A stretch of 37,997 nt of DNA, taken from positions 1 to 37,997 of IMG/VR virus record IMGVR_UViG_3300048599_000893; one strand, written 5' to 3'. The stretch is from a virus (Duplodnaviria > Caudoviricetes). Both the position numbers and the translations under genes were made by a program. The notes under the pieces are model-generated. The model saw nothing but the letters and a program-made list of their open reading frames with translations, was not told the DNA's origin and searched no databases. Positions 35,284-37,997 of the stretch are shown here, in pieces; within the stretch, counting starts at the first letter, position 1, and each line of letters opens with the position of its first letter.

Positions 35284-36171
35284 TCATGCCTCTGGCCCAA
35301 TGCCGGCATAACCCATTGTGCGTGCCCAGTCAGTAATAGATTGCTCCCAGGTCAAGGCAGGTGCTGGCTGCTGAGATTGTTTGTAACTGGGTAGGTTTGC
35401 GATAGCATCCATGACACCAGGAAGCGCAGAATATTTCAGCGCATGCTGCAAACTCCACCAGGACACGCCGGATGCTCCCAAACCGCGCGCACAAGCGTCA
35501 AACGCAATTACAGCCGGCGCTTTAGCCGTACCGCCATCGCCAATATAGGCGCGTCCTACCGGTACAATCGGGATGTCTGTAACCGCCCGCCATTGCCGCC
35601 AGCTTTCGCGCGCATAGGCTTCCGCCGACGCAGGATCATCGCCCCAGCTCCAATACATCATCGGCATACCAAAATCAGCAGCCCCATAGCGCGGGTCAGT
35701 GGCGGCCCACAAGACTGCCTTTGGATGCCAGGTGCCTTTTCGGCTGGGAGGCTCATACATCGCCCACCAGCACCAGCCGGCAGGCTTATCCGTATCGGCC
35801 TTGTACGCCTTGAGCATATTACTGGCGGAGCTGTCCGCTGTTTTTGAGGCGTCGAATTGCGCTTCAGCATCGAATACAAAGGCGTCCAAGCTGAATTTGT
35901 TGACTAGGTTAGCAGCCAATCGGCCATCATCCACCGGCTTTGCTCCATAAACCGCTGATTCTCCGATGACATGCACGCCGGCTGATTTCAGCGCGGCAGC
36001 CAGTGCGACGCGCTTTGCAATGGCCCAATTGGATAAATAGACCGAGTGAAGGATGACGCCCTGAAAACCGCAAGTGGTAAAAAAATTTGCGATTTTCTCA
36101 ACGTCTCCGCTGAAACATTCCTCAATTTCCCAGAGGTGAATTGATTTACCAACCAATTCGCTGATTTCCAT
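35284..36171 (-). CDS. putative endolysin (TIM-barrel glycoside hydrolase-like)
   Basis: follows holin-like genes; FVFDAE acidic motif, MPMMYW, VSWWS; alternating beta/alpha pattern. Confidence 0.6.
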   Translation of the reverse strand: MEISELVGKSIHLWEIEECFSGDVEKIANFFTTCGFQGVILHSVYLSNWAIAKRVALAAALKSAGVHVIGESAVYGAKPVDDGRLAANLVNKFSLDAFVFDAEAQFDASKTADSSASNMLKAYKADTDKPAGWCWWAMYEPPSRKGTWHPKAVLWAATDPRYGAADFGMPMMYWSWGDDPASAEAYARESWRQWRAVTDIPIVPVGRAYIGDGGTAKAPAVIAFDACARGLGASGVSWWSLQHALKYSALPGVMDAIANLPSYKQSQQPAPALTWEQSITDWARTMGYAGIGPEA

Positions 36172-36177
36172 ATTCCC

Positions 36178-36435
36178 TCAGGCTTTCTTGCGCCGAGAAC
36201 TGATGAACTTTACCGGCTCAAAGCCGGCATCTTTTACCTGACAAACCAGGCGCTCAGCCCATGACTGTAAATCTTCTTTGTCAAGTTCCAGATCACTTAC
36301 GTAATCCTTCAGTTCTTTGATAATCCCTCGCAGGGCTTCAACGTCATCTTTCTTTGCACCTTTCAGGTACATAAAAATCGAACCTGCGAGGGATGCAAAA
36401 CTCACAATAAGAGCTACCGTTATTTCGCTCGCCAT
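36178..36435 (-). CDS. membrane-anchored coiled-coil lysis-cassette protein
   Basis: N-terminal TM helix plus heptads; between holin and endolysin. Confidence 0.6.
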   Translation of the reverse strand: MASEITVALIVSFASLAGSIFMYLKGAKKDDVEALRGIIKELKDYVSDLELDKEDLQSWAERLVCQVKDAGFEPVKFISSRRKKA

Positions 36436-36439
36436 AAGG

Positions 36440-36877
36440 TTACTTTTGTCCGAAGAACTGGCCGATCAGATCATGAATGTAAGTCGCGCCGCGGCCAATT
36501 GCCAGGCCGGTCAAAGTAATCCCGAGCCAGTTAGGAACAATTGCAACTCCCAACCAGGTCCCGACCAAAACCAGGAGATCAAATTTATACAACCAGGAAC
36601 CCAATACGCCGACCATCAATGCGGCATAAGGAAGCAGCCATTTATAAGGCGTCAGGGTTTGAATGTGATCAAACGGCTGACCGAAAACATACTCAGTCAG
36701 ACTCTCCACCAAAAACGCCAAAAGCAGGATGACTCCTAAAGTCGCCAAAACGGATAGATCAGGCGCTGTGTCCTCTTGAAGAACCATGCCAGAAGGAGCG
36801 GCGAACACAGGGAAAGCAAGAGTGAACACCATCACCAGGGCCAGAATAATACTGGTTACAATTCGTTTCGCTTTCAT
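36440..36877 (-). CDS. putative holin
   Basis: AAGGAG RBS; signal-like N-terminus plus three hydrophobic segments; LTGLAIGRGATYIHD motif. Confidence 0.7.
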   Translation of the reverse strand: MKAKRIVTSIILALVMVFTLAFPVFAAPSGMVLQEDTAPDLSVLATLGVILLLAFLVESLTEYVFGQPFDHIQTLTPYKWLLPYAALMVGVLGSWLYKFDLLVLVGTWLGVAIVPNWLGITLTGLAIGRGATYIHDLIGQFFGQK

Positions 36878-36900
36878 ACAGTCAGTCTCCTTTGCGGATT

Positions 36901-37020
36901 AAATAAATAGCGCCCCAGCAATCCATAGATTGCCGAGGCGCTCATCTCTCGAACCCACCGCACAAGTACAGCAGTGGCAGCTATGTTGTCATTATACAAC
37001 AACCAATCCGCATAAGTTAA
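36901..37020 (-). promoter_or_regulatory. late promoter plus structured leader/terminator, copy 2
   Basis: TATAAT at 36996-36991; TAGCTG; 23-nt hairpin; CGAGAGATG; 15-bp stem; ATTTATTT. Confidence 0.75.
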
Positions 37021-37997
37021 CTGCGTCGTTTCAAATTGTCGATAATACTGTTTCGCGGCTTTCTTCGCATCCTATCCAGATGCACATACCGGCGCGCCAT
37101 CTTATCGCTGGTCTGCCCCAACTTTTCCATAAGCTCGTTTTCCGCCATGTCGTCAGCGGCCATTGCGGAAGCGAAGAAATGCCTGAAACGGTGCGGGTGA
37201 ACATCGGGAATGCCGGCGCTGATGCCGATCTCATTCAGTACCTGCCGGATACTGTCCTTGTTCATCGGGTTGCCCCTCAGCGTTATGAAGATCAGGTCGT
37301 CAGGCTCAAGATTGCGACCTTCACGTTCTTCGCGCCATGCAATGTAATCCCACAGGGCCAGGCGTGTTTTTCGTCCAATCTCAAGCCGGCGATATTTCGT
37401 TTTACGACCGGTTCCAAAGGCCTGTACGGTAATCAGGCCGTCATCAAAGTCGATATCTTCACGCTTCAACCGGGAGCACTCAGATACACGGATCCCTGTT
37501 TCTGCCAGCACCATGATGATAGCAATATCCCGCTTGGCTGTCGCTCGCGGAGAAGTGTACGGTGTGCGCGTTTTGGTTTGCGCTACTTTCGTTCTTCGTG
37601 CCGCCTCAAGCAGGCGTAGGATTTCATCTTCTGTAAGTGGCTCGATAATTCTTTCGGAATATTCTGGCCTTTTGATGCGCAGGTCTGGCCGGCGCTTCAG
37701 CTTATCGCTTTCTTCGCAAAAGCTGAAGAACGACCGCTCAGCTGTCCAGATATTTTCAAGACTGCGCCCGGCCAGGGGAGCGGTTGATCCTGATTTTCGA
37801 GCTGGAACGTAATCGTTGCGTACCCAGGCCCAAAACCTGTCAAGGTCGTCAGGCTTGATATCTTTCAATTCGCTGTCTGGCCCCATGTACCCAGACAGCA
37901 GGCCCAGCGCCCAGGCGTACAGCTCGCGCGTGGACTGAGAATAACCATTGGCAGAGATGGATAATAAAAACGCTTCAATGCTTTTGCTAAGAATCAT
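37017..37997 (-). CDS. int: tyrosine recombinase / integrase
   Basis: TGIRVSE (Arg), HPHRFRH (HxxR), LGQ, ARRY (Tyr); N-terminal core-binding domain. Confidence 0.92.
   Translation of the reverse strand: MILSKSIEAFLLSISANGYSQSTRELYAWALGLLSGYMGPDSELKDIKPDDLDRFWAWVRNDYVPARKSGSTAPLAGRSLENIWTAERSFFSFCEESDKLKRRPDLRIKRPEYSERIIEPLTEDEILRLLEAARRTKVAQTKTRTPYTSPRATAKRDIAIIMVLAETGIRVSECSRLKREDIDFDDGLITVQAFGTGRKTKYRRLEIGRKTRLALWDYIAWREEREGRNLEPDDLIFITLRGNPMNKDSIRQVLNEIGISAGIPDVHPHRFRHFFASAMAADDMAENELMEKLGQTSDKMARRYVHLDRMRRKPRNSIIDNLKRRS

Noticed and set aside
29087-37812. Long + strand ORFs opposite late genes (e.g. 29087-29836, 31829-32647, 36930-37619)
   Set aside because: Antisense shadows of well-supported genes, with no RBS or recognisable motifs

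Overview
The window holds most of a temperate tailed (siphovirus-type) phage or prophage genome in two converging blocks. The + strand (1-17036) carries early/middle genes: a Gp3/RDF-like protein, DnaD-type initiator with internal iterons, DnaB helicase, an SNF2 helicase-DNA methyltransferase fusion interrupted by a LAGLIDADG intein, RusA, a LexA-type wHTH, a C5 cytosine methyltransferase, DUF5131 (Gp37/Gp68), ASCH, and many small Cys-rich or membrane ORFs. The - strand (37997-17071) carries a tyrosine integrase followed directly by lysis genes, a fused small+large terminase, and an A118/SPP1-like head-tail module ending in two related tail fibres. No obvious CI repressor or att site is visible, so they probably lie outside the window. 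A Chloroflexota-like host is only an impression. The most unusual signals are non-coding or unannotated: (1) a ~240-nt tRNA cloverleaf whose anticodon loop is replaced by a 165-nt structured insert with a mini-ORF (2995-3233); (2) two copies of an identically spaced promoter-hairpin-CGAGAGATG-terminator leader with covarying stems heading the late operons (29847-29947, 36901-37001), suggesting an undescribed attenuation/antitermination system; (3) an AT-rich C-terminal extension on the MuF-like minor capsid protein; (4) small ORFs missing from the ORF track, including three hydrophobic peptides and a 54-aa protein with a possible Acb2/Tad1-like motif. All family calls are by-eye motif recognition; no searches were run.
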